From the NCBI GenBank assembly GCA_947493955.1, contig CANLSQ010000002.1:578568-642567 (forward strand): DNA of 64,000 bases. Direction: 5' to 3'. The translations under genes and the position numbers were made by a program. Positions 10,223 through 18,592 of this stretch are shown here, in pieces. The notes beneath the pieces were generated by a model. The model ran no database searches, was not told the DNA's origin, and was given only the letters and a program-made list of their open reading frames with translations. Each line of letters starts with the position of its first letter. Positions within the stretch are counted from its first letter, which is position 1. The DNA comes from an uncultured Sphingomonadaceae bacterium (GTDB lineage Bacteria; Pseudomonadota; Alphaproteobacteria; Sphingomonadales; Sphingomonadaceae).

Positions 10223-10813
10223 CTAGCTCTTTATCATGACAGGGTTGGGGATTTCTTCTTCATCAAAAATGACCGCGGCATCCGATTTATTTGCGCATAT
10301 TTCTTCTTTGGTCAGTCCATCCAGCTCATGCGGAAATATCAGCCAGTCCTCGGTTTCGTGAATGAAGAAATCGGGCTTCAGAGCCGTCTTGTTACGCGAT
10401 GGTTTGCTGTAGACCGTGGCCACCCGAACGTCCCTCGGCATATTATGCCGGCATCGGTCGCCCAATTCTTTGAGGAACGCTTCGATACTCCGGCCACTGT
10501 CAAACACATCATCGACAATCAGCAAATTATCTTCCGGATTGAGCGTATCGATCAAATAGCCGAGCGCAAATACCCGCACGGATCGTTCCTGTTTATCAAT
10601 ACCGGAATAGGAAGATGTCCTTATGGCAATATGATCCGTCGAGACGCCGTGGAATTCCAATATCTCCTGCACCGCAATGCCGACCGGTGCACCGCCGCGC
10701 CAGATGCCGACAATATGGGTCGGAGAAAAATCACTCTTCAATATCTGCATGCCCAGCCGAAAGCTGTCCGACAGTAAGGCGTCAGCGGTGATGTAGGTTT
10801 TATCTATGGCCAT
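10223..10813 (-). CDS. Purine phosphoribosyltransferase (hypoxanthine/xanthine-guanine PRT-like)
   Basis: PRT type I motif LLIVDDVFDSGRS. The ORF track starts at a GTG at 10852. An internal ATG at 10813 with a GGAGAA RBS is preferred. There is a 2 bp gap to the deaminase gene. Confidence 0.7.
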   Translation of the reverse strand: MAIDKTYITADALLSDSFRLGMQILKSDFSPTHIVGIWRGGAPVGIAVQEILEFHGVSTDHIAIRTSSYSGIDKQERSVRVFALGYLIDTLNPEDNLLIVDDVFDSGRSIEAFLKELGDRCRHNMPRDVRVATVYSKPSRNKTALKPDFFIHETEDWLIFPHELDGLTKEEICANKSDAAVIFDEEEIPNPVMIKS

Positions 10814-10950
10814 TTGATCACATTCTCCGTCAGCCCTGGGGAACGCCGTCACGAATAAAATCCTAGGATATTATCGCATTAGCATTATGCAGGGAGATAA
10901 GTAGCCGCTGTTCCCAACATGTTAAACCCATATTTCCCGGAGAGCCAAAA

Positions 10951-11583
10951 ATGACATTGATCGTCCACCATCTCAACAATAGCCGGTCCCAGCGGATATT
11001 ATGGCTGCTTGAGGAGATCGGCCGCCCTTATGAGATTCGCCACCATCAGCGTGATACCGAGACCAATTTGGCACCGCCCAGCCTGACCGCGCTGCACCCG
11101 CTGGGCAAATCACCGATGATTGAAGATGACGGACGTATGATCATCGAATCCGGCGCGATTGTCGAACATATCTGTGCGCATCACGGCGGCGGGCAATATG
11201 TGCCAGAGCGCGGGACGGATGACTATGTTCGTCATCTTGAACTTATGCATTTTGCCGAAGGGTCGGCAATGACGCCAATTTTGCTGAACCTCTATGTGGG
11301 CCGGCTGGAAGAGGCCGGCGCGCCGTTAATGCCGCGGATCAACGAACAGCTGACCAGCCATTTCGACTTCATGGAAAACGAACTCAGCCCGTCCGGTCAT
11401 TTTATTGGCGATAGCCTCAGCGCTGCAGACGTCATGCTCAGCTTCCCGGCAGAAGTGGCTATCGCTCAGGGCAGAGCCGAGACACATCCGAAGCTGGCCG
11501 CATTTGTTAAGGAATTACAATCGCGCCCTGCTTATCTGAGAGGTCTTGAGAAAGGCGGAGAATACAGCTTCGCATCAGGTTGA
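10951..11583 (+). CDS. Glutathione S-transferase
   Basis: 210 aa with GST N-terminal (thioredoxin-like) and C-terminal domains. Good RBS and ATG. Confidence 0.8.
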   Translation: MTLIVHHLNNSRSQRILWLLEEIGRPYEIRHHQRDTETNLAPPSLTALHPLGKSPMIEDDGRMIIESGAIVEHICAHHGGGQYVPERGTDDYVRHLELMHFAEGSAMTPILLNLYVGRLEEAGAPLMPRINEQLTSHFDFMENELSPSGHFIGDSLSAADVMLSFPAEVAIAQGRAETHPKLAAFVKELQSRPAYLRGLEKGGEYSFASG

Positions 11584-11767
11584 CATTTGTGAGAACATAA
11601 AACTGCAATAGCACCGTCACAGCAGAGTCACGAACAATGCATATTCTTGGAACAAGCAGTCCCTAGGGCACCCCCAAATCGAGGGAGTTCTTAAAATATG
11701 TCTGCACAAAAAAATATCCGCCGCCTTGCCGTTTACTCAGCGCTGTTTGCCACCGCAGCTATACCGG

Positions 11768-12580
11768 TTAGAGATTGAAAACGCGGCGGGCATTGCCAAA
11801 CAGAAAAGCATCTTCTTGTTCGCGCGAAAGGCCGAGCTGATCCAGATGCTGCAGGCACTGTTCTGGAGAAAGCATGGGCCAGTTCGTTCCGAACATTACC
11901 CGCTTGGACCCGATCCCCTTCATGAAGCTGACAAAGTCGCCGGGAAGACGATGAACGGCATAAGCCGACGTATCGACATGGAAATTGGGAAACTTGATGG
12001 TTAGCGATGTTAGTTCGTCAATCCATGGAAAGCCGACATGACCTCCCACGACGATCAGCTCCGGAAAGTCCAGTAAGACATCTTCAAGATAGGGAATGGG
12101 GCGGCCTGTTTCTGATCGCAGCAGCGGCCCGGTATGCCCGACCTGCGTGCAGAACGGTACGCCAAGATCAACACAGGTTGCATAAACGGGATAATAACGG
12201 CGGTCATTGGGCGGAAGATCCCACAACCATGGCACTACACGAACACCGACAAATTTTTCACCGTCTACCCATTTGCGGATATCCCGGACGGCCTGCATCG
12301 GATTTCTGAGATCAACGGTCGCAAGGCCACGAAACCGATCCGGCGCGCTGTCGATTTGATCACTTACTTCCTCATTGCTGATCAGAGAGCCCTGCGGTCC
12401 ATGCCAGGCCGACAAAAGGGAGATATCCACGCCCGCTGCGTCCATTGCCCGCAAGGTGGAATCGGTAGATGGGATGAGGGGATCTCCGGACTGACCTGTC
12501 CACCTTAGCAAGGTCTCCAGCCATGGAGCCTTGGCCATCCGCTCCGTTGTCATCTGCGCCCAGACATCAATCGCGCCCAT
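11768..12580 (-). CDS. Amidohydrolase-2 family metal-dependent hydrolase
   Basis: The ORF 11768..12598 is started at the ATG at 12580, which has an AGAGGAG RBS. TIM-barrel amidohydrolase_2-like sequence (…VGGHVGFPW…MFGTNWPM…). Confidence 0.7.
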   Translation of the reverse strand: MGAIDVWAQMTTERMAKAPWLETLLRWTGQSGDPLIPSTDSTLRAMDAAGVDISLLSAWHGPQGSLISNEEVSDQIDSAPDRFRGLATVDLRNPMQAVRDIRKWVDGEKFVGVRVVPWLWDLPPNDRRYYPVYATCVDLGVPFCTQVGHTGPLLRSETGRPIPYLEDVLLDFPELIVVGGHVGFPWIDELTSLTIKFPNFHVDTSAYAVHRLPGDFVSFMKGIGSKRVMFGTNWPMLSPEQCLQHLDQLGLSREQEDAFLFGNARRVFNL

Positions 12581-12601
12581 ATCAATCTCCTCTTGCAATA
12601 A

Positions 12602-12617
12602 ACTACATATATGTAGT
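12602..12617. promoter_or_regulatory. 16 bp perfect palindrome ACTACATATATGTAGT (candidate operator)
   Basis: Seen directly. It lies 22 nt upstream of the amidohydrolase start, in the divergent promoter region shared with the NTF2-like gene. Confidence 0.45.
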
Positions 12618-12697
12618 AATTAGATGTGGATAAAATTGTCAACATGAAAAAAACGCCGCTATGATTGGGCGGAGAGATTGGGAATGAAAGGTTCGTA

Positions 12698-13078
12698 ATG
12701 CCAAGCCGCAAGAGAGTTGAGCAGTTTATTGACGCAGTTGTGCATGGGGATCATGCCCAGGCCATAAAAGATTTTTATCATGCAGATGCAACGATGCAGG
12801 AAAATTGCGAGCCACCACGCCGCGGCCGCGACAATCTGATTGCGCATGAAAAACAAGCGATGGGCCGGTTGCAAGAGATGAAAACACATCCACCTGAAAC
12901 GGTGCTGGTGGATGGTGATGACGTGATGATCATGTGGACATTTGATGCAACGGACAAACAAGGCGTGACGCGCAGGCTCAATGAAATTTCTCATCAGGTC
13001 TGGTCCGCTGATGGCATCATGAAAGAGCGGTTTGTCTATGACAGTGCAACCGCCTGGCAAATTGTTGAACCGGCTTGA
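12698..13078 (+). CDS. NTF2-like / SnoaL-like (ketosteroid isomerase fold) protein
   Basis: The ORF 12665..13078 is started at the ATG at 12698 (GAAAGG RBS). Small alpha+beta cone-fold sequence pattern. Confidence 0.65.
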   Translation: MPSRKRVEQFIDAVVHGDHAQAIKDFYHADATMQENCEPPRRGRDNLIAHEKQAMGRLQEMKTHPPETVLVDGDDVMIMWTFDATDKQGVTRRLNEISHQVWSADGIMKERFVYDSATAWQIVEPA

Positions 13079-13161
13079 TCAGAAAAGCCAATCGCGGTCT
13101 GTCTATTTCCTAAGCCATCCTCTAACGTCCTGAGAAACAGTTTGAACAGGACATCGGATTT

Positions 13162-13935
13162 ATGAATCTCAAAGACAAAATCATCGTTATCACGGGAGCG
13201 GCAAGCGGTATCGGGGCCGCTATGGCGCGGCGCTTTGCTGCTGTGGGTGCCAAGCATGTTGTATGTGCCGACCGGGACGTTGCGGGCGCGCAAGCCGTTG
13301 CCACTGAAATCGACGGAACGGCGATACAGACGGATGTGTCTTTGGAGGCTGATATCACATCTCTTATTGAGACTGTCGAGCGGGACATTGGTCCAATTGA
13401 CCTGTTTGTGTCCAACGCCGGGATTATCATGGAGGGCGGCGTCGAGGTCGGTGACGATGGCTGGCAGAAAATCTGGGACATTAATGTACTTGCGCATATT
13501 CGTGCCGCCCGTACCCTCGTTCCAAAAATGCTGGCCCGCGGCGGCGGGTATATTTTGAGCACGGCCTCTGCCGCAGGCCTGCTCGCACAAATTGGGTCAG
13601 CGCCTTATTCGGTGACCAAACATGCGGCAGTCAGTTTTGCCGAATGGCTTGCGATCACTCACGGAGATGACGGGCTGAAAGTATCGGTGCTTTGTCCGCA
13701 AGGCGTGGCAACGGCAATGACAGCCGATATTGATACATCAACGGTAGCGAAAGACGGTATGCTGACGGCCGAAGCAGTTGCGCAGATTACGCTGGATGCC
13801 ATCGAAGAAGAGCGCTTCCTGATCATGCCGCATCCGCAAGTGGCGGACTATATCAAACAAAAAGGCAGCGATCCGGAGCGCTGGATTACCGGTATGCAGC
13901 GCTGGCAGAGGATGTTGAACGAGCAAGCCTCCTAA
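13162..13935 (+). CDS. SDR family oxidoreductase
   Basis: TGAASGIG Rossmann motif, NAG, and a catalytic S...Y..K triad. Confidence 0.85.
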   Translation: MNLKDKIIVITGAASGIGAAMARRFAAVGAKHVVCADRDVAGAQAVATEIDGTAIQTDVSLEADITSLIETVERDIGPIDLFVSNAGIIMEGGVEVGDDGWQKIWDINVLAHIRAARTLVPKMLARGGGYILSTASAAGLLAQIGSAPYSVTKHAAVSFAEWLAITHGDDGLKVSVLCPQGVATAMTADIDTSTVAKDGMLTAEAVAQITLDAIEEERFLIMPHPQVADYIKQKGSDPERWITGMQRWQRMLNEQAS

Positions 13936-14019
13936 CATTAATAGCCTGACAAAATGGAGCATTGGGCAGAGGTGCCAGTGCGACTAGCCTCCCGATTAAT
14001 TATAAAGGAGGATTCGAGA

Positions 14020-14951
14020 TGGCATTGGTATCAGTGGTCGGCGCAACCGGGCGTCAGGGATTGGCACAAATCAGACAACTGGGCGCAACGGGTCACAGGG
14101 TGCGAGCGCTTTCTCGCAGCGAAACACCTGATCTGGGGGGCAGCAACGTTGCCGATGAAGCGCGGATTTTCGACTTGTATGACGAAGAAACCTGGGTTCC
14201 GGCTTTCGAGGGATCGGATGCGGTTTTTTATACCCATCCTTTGCAAGCACGTGAGGATCGGGCGACTCTAACTGGCCGGGTTGCTGCGGCCGTACAAAAA
14301 GCGGGCGGCAAACGCTTTATCTGGAATACTTCCAGCTGGATCCCTGAGCGTCCGGGCGATCCTTTCACCTATGGTAATAACACGATTGCAGTAAATGAGA
14401 TTTTTCGCTCAGGTGTTCCGGCTACGGTTTTCGGTTCGGTGCTGTTCATGGATAACCTGCTTACCAACTGGGCCCGTCCGTTCATTGTTGACGAAAGCCG
14501 CTATGTCTATCCGCATGAAGCGCATTTGGAGGCGAACTGGATCAGCCTCGATGATGTCGGCAAGTGCATGGTGGCTGCAATGGAGCGGCCCGATTTTGAA
14601 GGGTCATGGATGAATATCGGCGGACCGCAGCGTATCAAGCCGCCACAGGTTGCCGAAATCCTGTCCAAGGTGTTTGGTCGCGAGATCAAATATGATCCCT
14701 GCACGCCAACCGAATTTGGCGATCTGTTGGTCGGCGCATTTGGTGACGACGTGCCGGAAGAAAATCGCGCCACCATGTCTGCGGGAATCGCGGCCTTCTA
14801 CGAATATAATAACAAAGCCGAGACCAAGCCTTTTGAGGTATGCACAGACTTCATGCAGCAACGCTTGCCAGAAGTAGAATTTGAAACGCTGGAGCAATGG
14901 GCGATGCGGCAAGACTGGTCAGACGACGCGCACCGACCACCTGCAGGTTAA
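14020..14951 (+). CDS. NmrA-like NAD(P)-binding protein
   Basis: VVGATGRQG motif. The ATG at 14020 has a perfect AAAGGAGG RBS; the upstream extension in the ORF track is unlikely. Confidence 0.8.
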
Positions 14952-14955
14952 TTCG

Positions 14956-15723
14956 ATGACCAAACGATTGGAAGGCAAGGTCGCGCTCGTCACGGGCGGT
15001 GCCTCTCGCCCGGGTATTGGTGCTGCCATTGCGGAACGGTTAGCGGAAGAAGACGCGATCGTCGTTGTCAGCGATATCGATCATGCTGGAGCTGCGGAAA
15101 CCGCTGCTTTGATCAGCGAAAAGGGCGGTAATGTAACGGCCGTCAAACAGGATGTAACCTCGCAGCGGGATTGGGAAGAAGTGATGGCGGCAATGCTGGC
15201 GGACCATGGACGGCTGGACGTGCTGGTTAATAATGCAGGTATATTGGATGTGGCGGCGATTAACAGCGACAGAGCTGTGCCGGCGCTTCGCCGTCAGTTT
15301 GACGTCAATGTTGAGGGTAGTTTTATCGGAACCCAGGCAGCTGTCGCGGCAATGCGGCAATCCGGCGGGGGATCGATTATCAACCTGTCGTCTGTGGCCG
15401 GGCTAGTCGGTTTCCGTGGCAGTGCCAGCTATGCAGCATCGAAAGGTGCTGTAAAACTGTTCAGCAAATCGGTGGCGCTGGAAGTGGCAGAAGAGAAAAT
15501 TCGGGTCAATACAGTGCACCCAGGGATCATTCGCACCAACATGCAAAGCGCAGGTGCAGACACAAACTCGGACAATTATGCTGCGATAGAGGCGGCGATT
15601 CCGGCCGGCAGATTAGGTGAACCAAGGGATATTGCGAATTGCGTCTTGTTTCTGGCATCGGATGAGTCGAGCTATGTCACTGGCGCGGAATTTGTTGTCG
15701 ATGGGGGCTACACGGCGCAATAG
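14956..15723 (+). CDS. SDR family oxidoreductase
   Basis: KVALVTGGASRPGIGAAIA, NNAG, and a S..Y..K catalytic triad. The start was moved from the ORF's 14881 to the ATG at 14956. Confidence 0.8.
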   Translation: MTKRLEGKVALVTGGASRPGIGAAIAERLAEEDAIVVVSDIDHAGAAETAALISEKGGNVTAVKQDVTSQRDWEEVMAAMLADHGRLDVLVNNAGILDVAAINSDRAVPALRRQFDVNVEGSFIGTQAAVAAMRQSGGGSIINLSSVAGLVGFRGSASYAASKGAVKLFSKSVALEVAEEKIRVNTVHPGIIRTNMQSAGADTNSDNYAAIEAAIPAGRLGEPRDIANCVLFLASDESSYVTGAEFVVDGGYTAQ

Positions 15724-15740
15724 CGCAAATTTTTTTTGCC
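15705..15740 (+). terminator. Possible intrinsic terminator after the SDR gene
   Basis: A short GC hairpin GGCGCaataGCGC followed by a T8 run. The stem is weak. Confidence 0.35.
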
Positions 15741-15792
15741 AAGTTGAACCTTTTGGCGCTTTGCCTCGACTATAGGGGTAAAGGCCATCAGG

Positions 15793-16356
15793 ATGTCTAT
15801 GCGCTACAGTGATACAGACCGGATTTATGACGAATTGTTGCTCAACCGCATTCAGGCCGGAGACCGGCGCGCGGGAGAGCGATTGGCGGCGAGGTGGCAT
15901 CCGCGTCTGATGCGTACAGCCTATCGGCTTTTGCGTGACGAAGAACAGGCGCGTGCCGCCGTGCAAGAAGCATGGAGCGGTATTTGCAAAGGGTGGCGCA
16001 GGTTGCGCAATCCCTCCCGATTTCCGGCATGGGCTTACACGATCCTGCACCGCAAATGTGCAGACCAGATAAGCAAGAACCAAAAGCATCGAAGTCTTCA
16101 TGCCGTCGCAGTTGAAGATGCGGACATTTCCGTAGCGCCGCGCGGCGAAGACAGGGTTACCATTGATCAAGCCTTTGATCGTTTGAGCGATGACCACCGG
16201 ACGGCGGCTTTGTTCTATTTTGGTGAAGGCCTGACGATCAAGGAAATTGCCGAGGTAACGGGTACGGCAATTGGCACAGCAAAATCCCGACTGTTTCATG
16301 CGCGCCGACAGTTAAAGGCAGCGCTGGATGACGAACCAAATGAAGGAGAAACATGA
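15793..16356 (+). CDS. RNA polymerase sigma-70 factor, ECF subfamily
   Basis: Sigma70 region 2 and region 4 motifs (…RLMRTAYRLL…, LTIKEIAEVTGTAIGTAKSRLFHARRQL). The start could also be the second ATG at 15799. Confidence 0.85.
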   Translation: MSMRYSDTDRIYDELLLNRIQAGDRRAGERLAARWHPRLMRTAYRLLRDEEQARAAVQEAWSGICKGWRRLRNPSRFPAWAYTILHRKCADQISKNQKHRSLHAVAVEDADISVAPRGEDRVTIDQAFDRLSDDHRTAALFYFGEGLTIKEIAEVTGTAIGTAKSRLFHARRQLKAALDDEPNEGET

Positions 16357-16730
16357 TGACAAAATTTGATGACAAGCTTGGAGCTTCGCTTAGCGCCGAC
16401 GACCGCGCGTTTTTGGAAGACTTGGAAGACGGGCGCGGATTGTTTGAACAGCTGGGCACCACCTTTCAGGGTCCAATGCGTTTCTGGACCTATTTGATGG
16501 GCCTCTACACGCTTGGCTTTGCCATATTTGCATTTTTCTGCGGATGGCAGGCGATTGAAGCCGGAGAAGTTCGGGAAACCATCCTGTGGTCGTCAGGCTG
16601 TATCATTTCATTCATTGCCATCGGTTTGCTGAAAATGTGGCTGTTCGACCGGATGAATACGCTTACCATTTTGGGTGAGCTCAAAAAAATCGAACTGCGC
16701 GTCGCTCAAATAGATGATGTGCGCGGCTAG
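16353..16730 (+). CDS. Small two-TM membrane protein, putative anti-sigma factor partner
   Basis: Its start overlaps the sigma gene stop (ATGA). It has a 45 aa N-terminal soluble region followed by two hydrophobic helices. Confidence 0.5.
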   Translation: MMTKFDDKLGASLSADDRAFLEDLEDGRGLFEQLGTTFQGPMRFWTYLMGLYTLGFAIFAFFCGWQAIEAGEVRETILWSSGCIISFIAIGLLKMWLFDRMNTLTILGELKKIELRVAQIDDVRG

Positions 16731-16736
16731 ACCCGT

Positions 16737-17735
16737 TCAGGCGATCATCCGTTCGATAAACCAATAGGTGGCGATGATGCCGATGGCATAGGAGGTCGCT
16801 GTCTTGGCAGGTTGTAGCCATGATTGCTGAAAGCGGCGGATCAAAGCCAACACAGCAAAGGCAATTGCAACGATGATCAACTGTCCGATTTCAACACCCA
16901 GATTGAATGTGAGCAGCGCCATTGGCACATCATCCTGCGGCAACCCGATTTCAGCTAATGCGCCTGCAAAACCAAAGCCATGGAGCAGACCGAAGAGGAA
17001 GGCGACGATCCACGGGAAGCGTTCCGACAGACGCGGCCCGTGGTTTTCATGATCCTTTTGTGCTTTTACGATTTCAACTGCGAGAAAGATAATCGACAGG
17101 GCGATTATCGCCTCCACCGGTTGCGAGGGCAGGGACAGATAGCCCAGTGTGGAACCGATCAGCGTGATGCTGTGGGCAATGGTAAAAGCGGTCACCGTTT
17201 TGGCGACCAGCCAGCCGCCTTTCAGCAAAAGGACAAGCGCCAGCACAAACAACAGATGATCAAAGCCAAACACAATATGCTCGATACCGATGACGGTATA
17301 GGTCCATGCGACATTGGCCATCTCTTCCTCCCGAACGATTGTGGCAATCGGTGCATCGGGTGTCAGGCGCAATGTTTGCGTTTCTTCATCAAGCGGTGCG
17401 ATCCGGACCAGCGCATCTGTTGTCGCGAGCTCCAGTCCTTTAAGGCCAATGGACTGTCCGGCAATGGAGCCGGAACATTTTAATGTTTGGCGGGTCAATA
17501 TATTGGATGCGGCAAAGCGCCGTTCGGCTTCGCCAACAGGAGTACAGGATTCAGGAATTATGACCTCTCCCGTACGGCCCAATCTGGAGCGCGCGGACGC
17601 CTTCCACAGTACGGACCACTCGCCCTGAGATATCTGGTTCAGTTCCACATAAGCGGGGCGCAGTTCATCGGCATGGGCGTCAGATGCCCAAAACAGGCCG
17701 ACGAAACAGGCAATGGCGAGCAGGCAGGTCTTCAT
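16737..17735 (-). CDS. HupE/UreJ family membrane protein with N-terminal periplasmic extension (putative Ni/Co-type metal transporter)
   Basis: 332 aa. It has a signal peptide, a periplasmic domain of about 130 aa, and a C-terminal HupE/UreJ multi-TM core with conserved His residues (HSITLIGS, LLHGFGFAGAL). Its start overlaps the PPIase stop. Confidence 0.8.
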   Translation of the reverse strand: MKTCLLAIACFVGLFWASDAHADELRPAYVELNQISQGEWSVLWKASARSRLGRTGEVIIPESCTPVGEAERRFAASNILTRQTLKCSGSIAGQSIGLKGLELATTDALVRIAPLDEETQTLRLTPDAPIATIVREEEMANVAWTYTVIGIEHIVFGFDHLLFVLALVLLLKGGWLVAKTVTAFTIAHSITLIGSTLGYLSLPSQPVEAIIALSIIFLAVEIVKAQKDHENHGPRLSERFPWIVAFLFGLLHGFGFAGALAEIGLPQDDVPMALLTFNLGVEIGQLIIVAIAFAVLALIRRFQQSWLQPAKTATSYAIGIIATYWFIERMIA

Positions 17736-18544
17736 TCCCGGCCAGAAACTTTAATATCATATTGCTTGCGATATTTGTCGAAGGCAGCTTCCTCCAAACG
17801 CGCTGTTTGTGCGGCTTGCCAATCATTGCTGACTGATTGTCGAACATCTTTCAGTGCCGGTGCTTTGCCGGGTATTTTCGCGGTGATTTTGATGAAATGT
17901 TGCCCAAATCCTGACTCTACCGGCCCCTGCCACTGACCAATGGGCAGAGTGCTGAGCTTTGCGGCGAACTTTTCTCCGAACTGCCGCGTAATTTGGGAGG
18001 CTTCTGCCTGAACGAGTTTGGCAGGGAGCGAAATTGGTTGTCTGATTGTGTTGGGTTCAACGGCTCCCTGATTCAAGCCATCCAGCTGGGCTAAGGTTGA
18101 GGACTCCGGATCTTGGCCGAGATAGACCTGCTCCAGATCATAGGTTGAAGACAGGGCATATTTATCAGGATGGTCATCCAGCCATTTCTGCAATAGCGCA
18201 TCTGATGGATTGTCTTCGGCATCTTCCTGATTGTCCAGAAACCGCATTTTGGTAAACAGGCGCCTGCGGATAAGTGGATCGTTGCGATCCAGACCGAGAC
18301 GCAATGCTTCGCGGTAGTAAATTTCCTCCTTAATCTCTTGATCGATTAGGCCGTCCAGCTCGCCCTGTGTGGGCGGCCGGCGGAAATTTTGTACCCAGCC
18401 AGCCTGTAATCGCGCGACATCCGATTCACCGATGGTGATTTCATAGTCCGCCGGATCACGGTTCGACCCGGTGGCCCAAAAAAAAGCGAATACCATTAAC
18501 GCTCCGCCCAGAAAATGGACCAAAGGTTCTTTTAGCAGTTTCAT
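17732..18544 (-). CDS. Membrane-anchored peptidyl-prolyl cis-trans isomerase-like (PpiC/SurA-type) protein
   Basis: 270 aa with an N-terminal TM anchor and a parvulin/SurA-like region (FGQHFIKI). It is translationally coupled to the HupE/UreJ gene. Confidence 0.65.
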   Translation of the reverse strand: MKLLKEPLVHFLGGALMVFAFFWATGSNRDPADYEITIGESDVARLQAGWVQNFRRPPTQGELDGLIDQEIKEEIYYREALRLGLDRNDPLIRRRLFTKMRFLDNQEDAEDNPSDALLQKWLDDHPDKYALSSTYDLEQVYLGQDPESSTLAQLDGLNQGAVEPNTIRQPISLPAKLVQAEASQITRQFGEKFAAKLSTLPIGQWQGPVESGFGQHFIKITAKIPGKAPALKDVRQSVSNDWQAAQTARLEEAAFDKYRKQYDIKVSGRE

Positions 18545-18592
18545 CTCCGCACGATATTCCCGATTGGCCGCACAGACTCATTGGTCATGGGG

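Noticed and set aside
10853-10950. GGGAAC...GTTCCC inverted elements upstream of the phosphoribosyltransferase gene, considered as an ECF promoter or PurR box
   Set aside because: The arms are about 55 bp apart and match no known consensus. Too weak to call.
13962-14019. Upstream extension of the NmrA-like ORF (ORF track start at 13962)
   Set aside because: The internal ATG at 14020 has a perfect AAAGGAGG RBS and begins at the Rossmann motif. The extension is probably untranslated.
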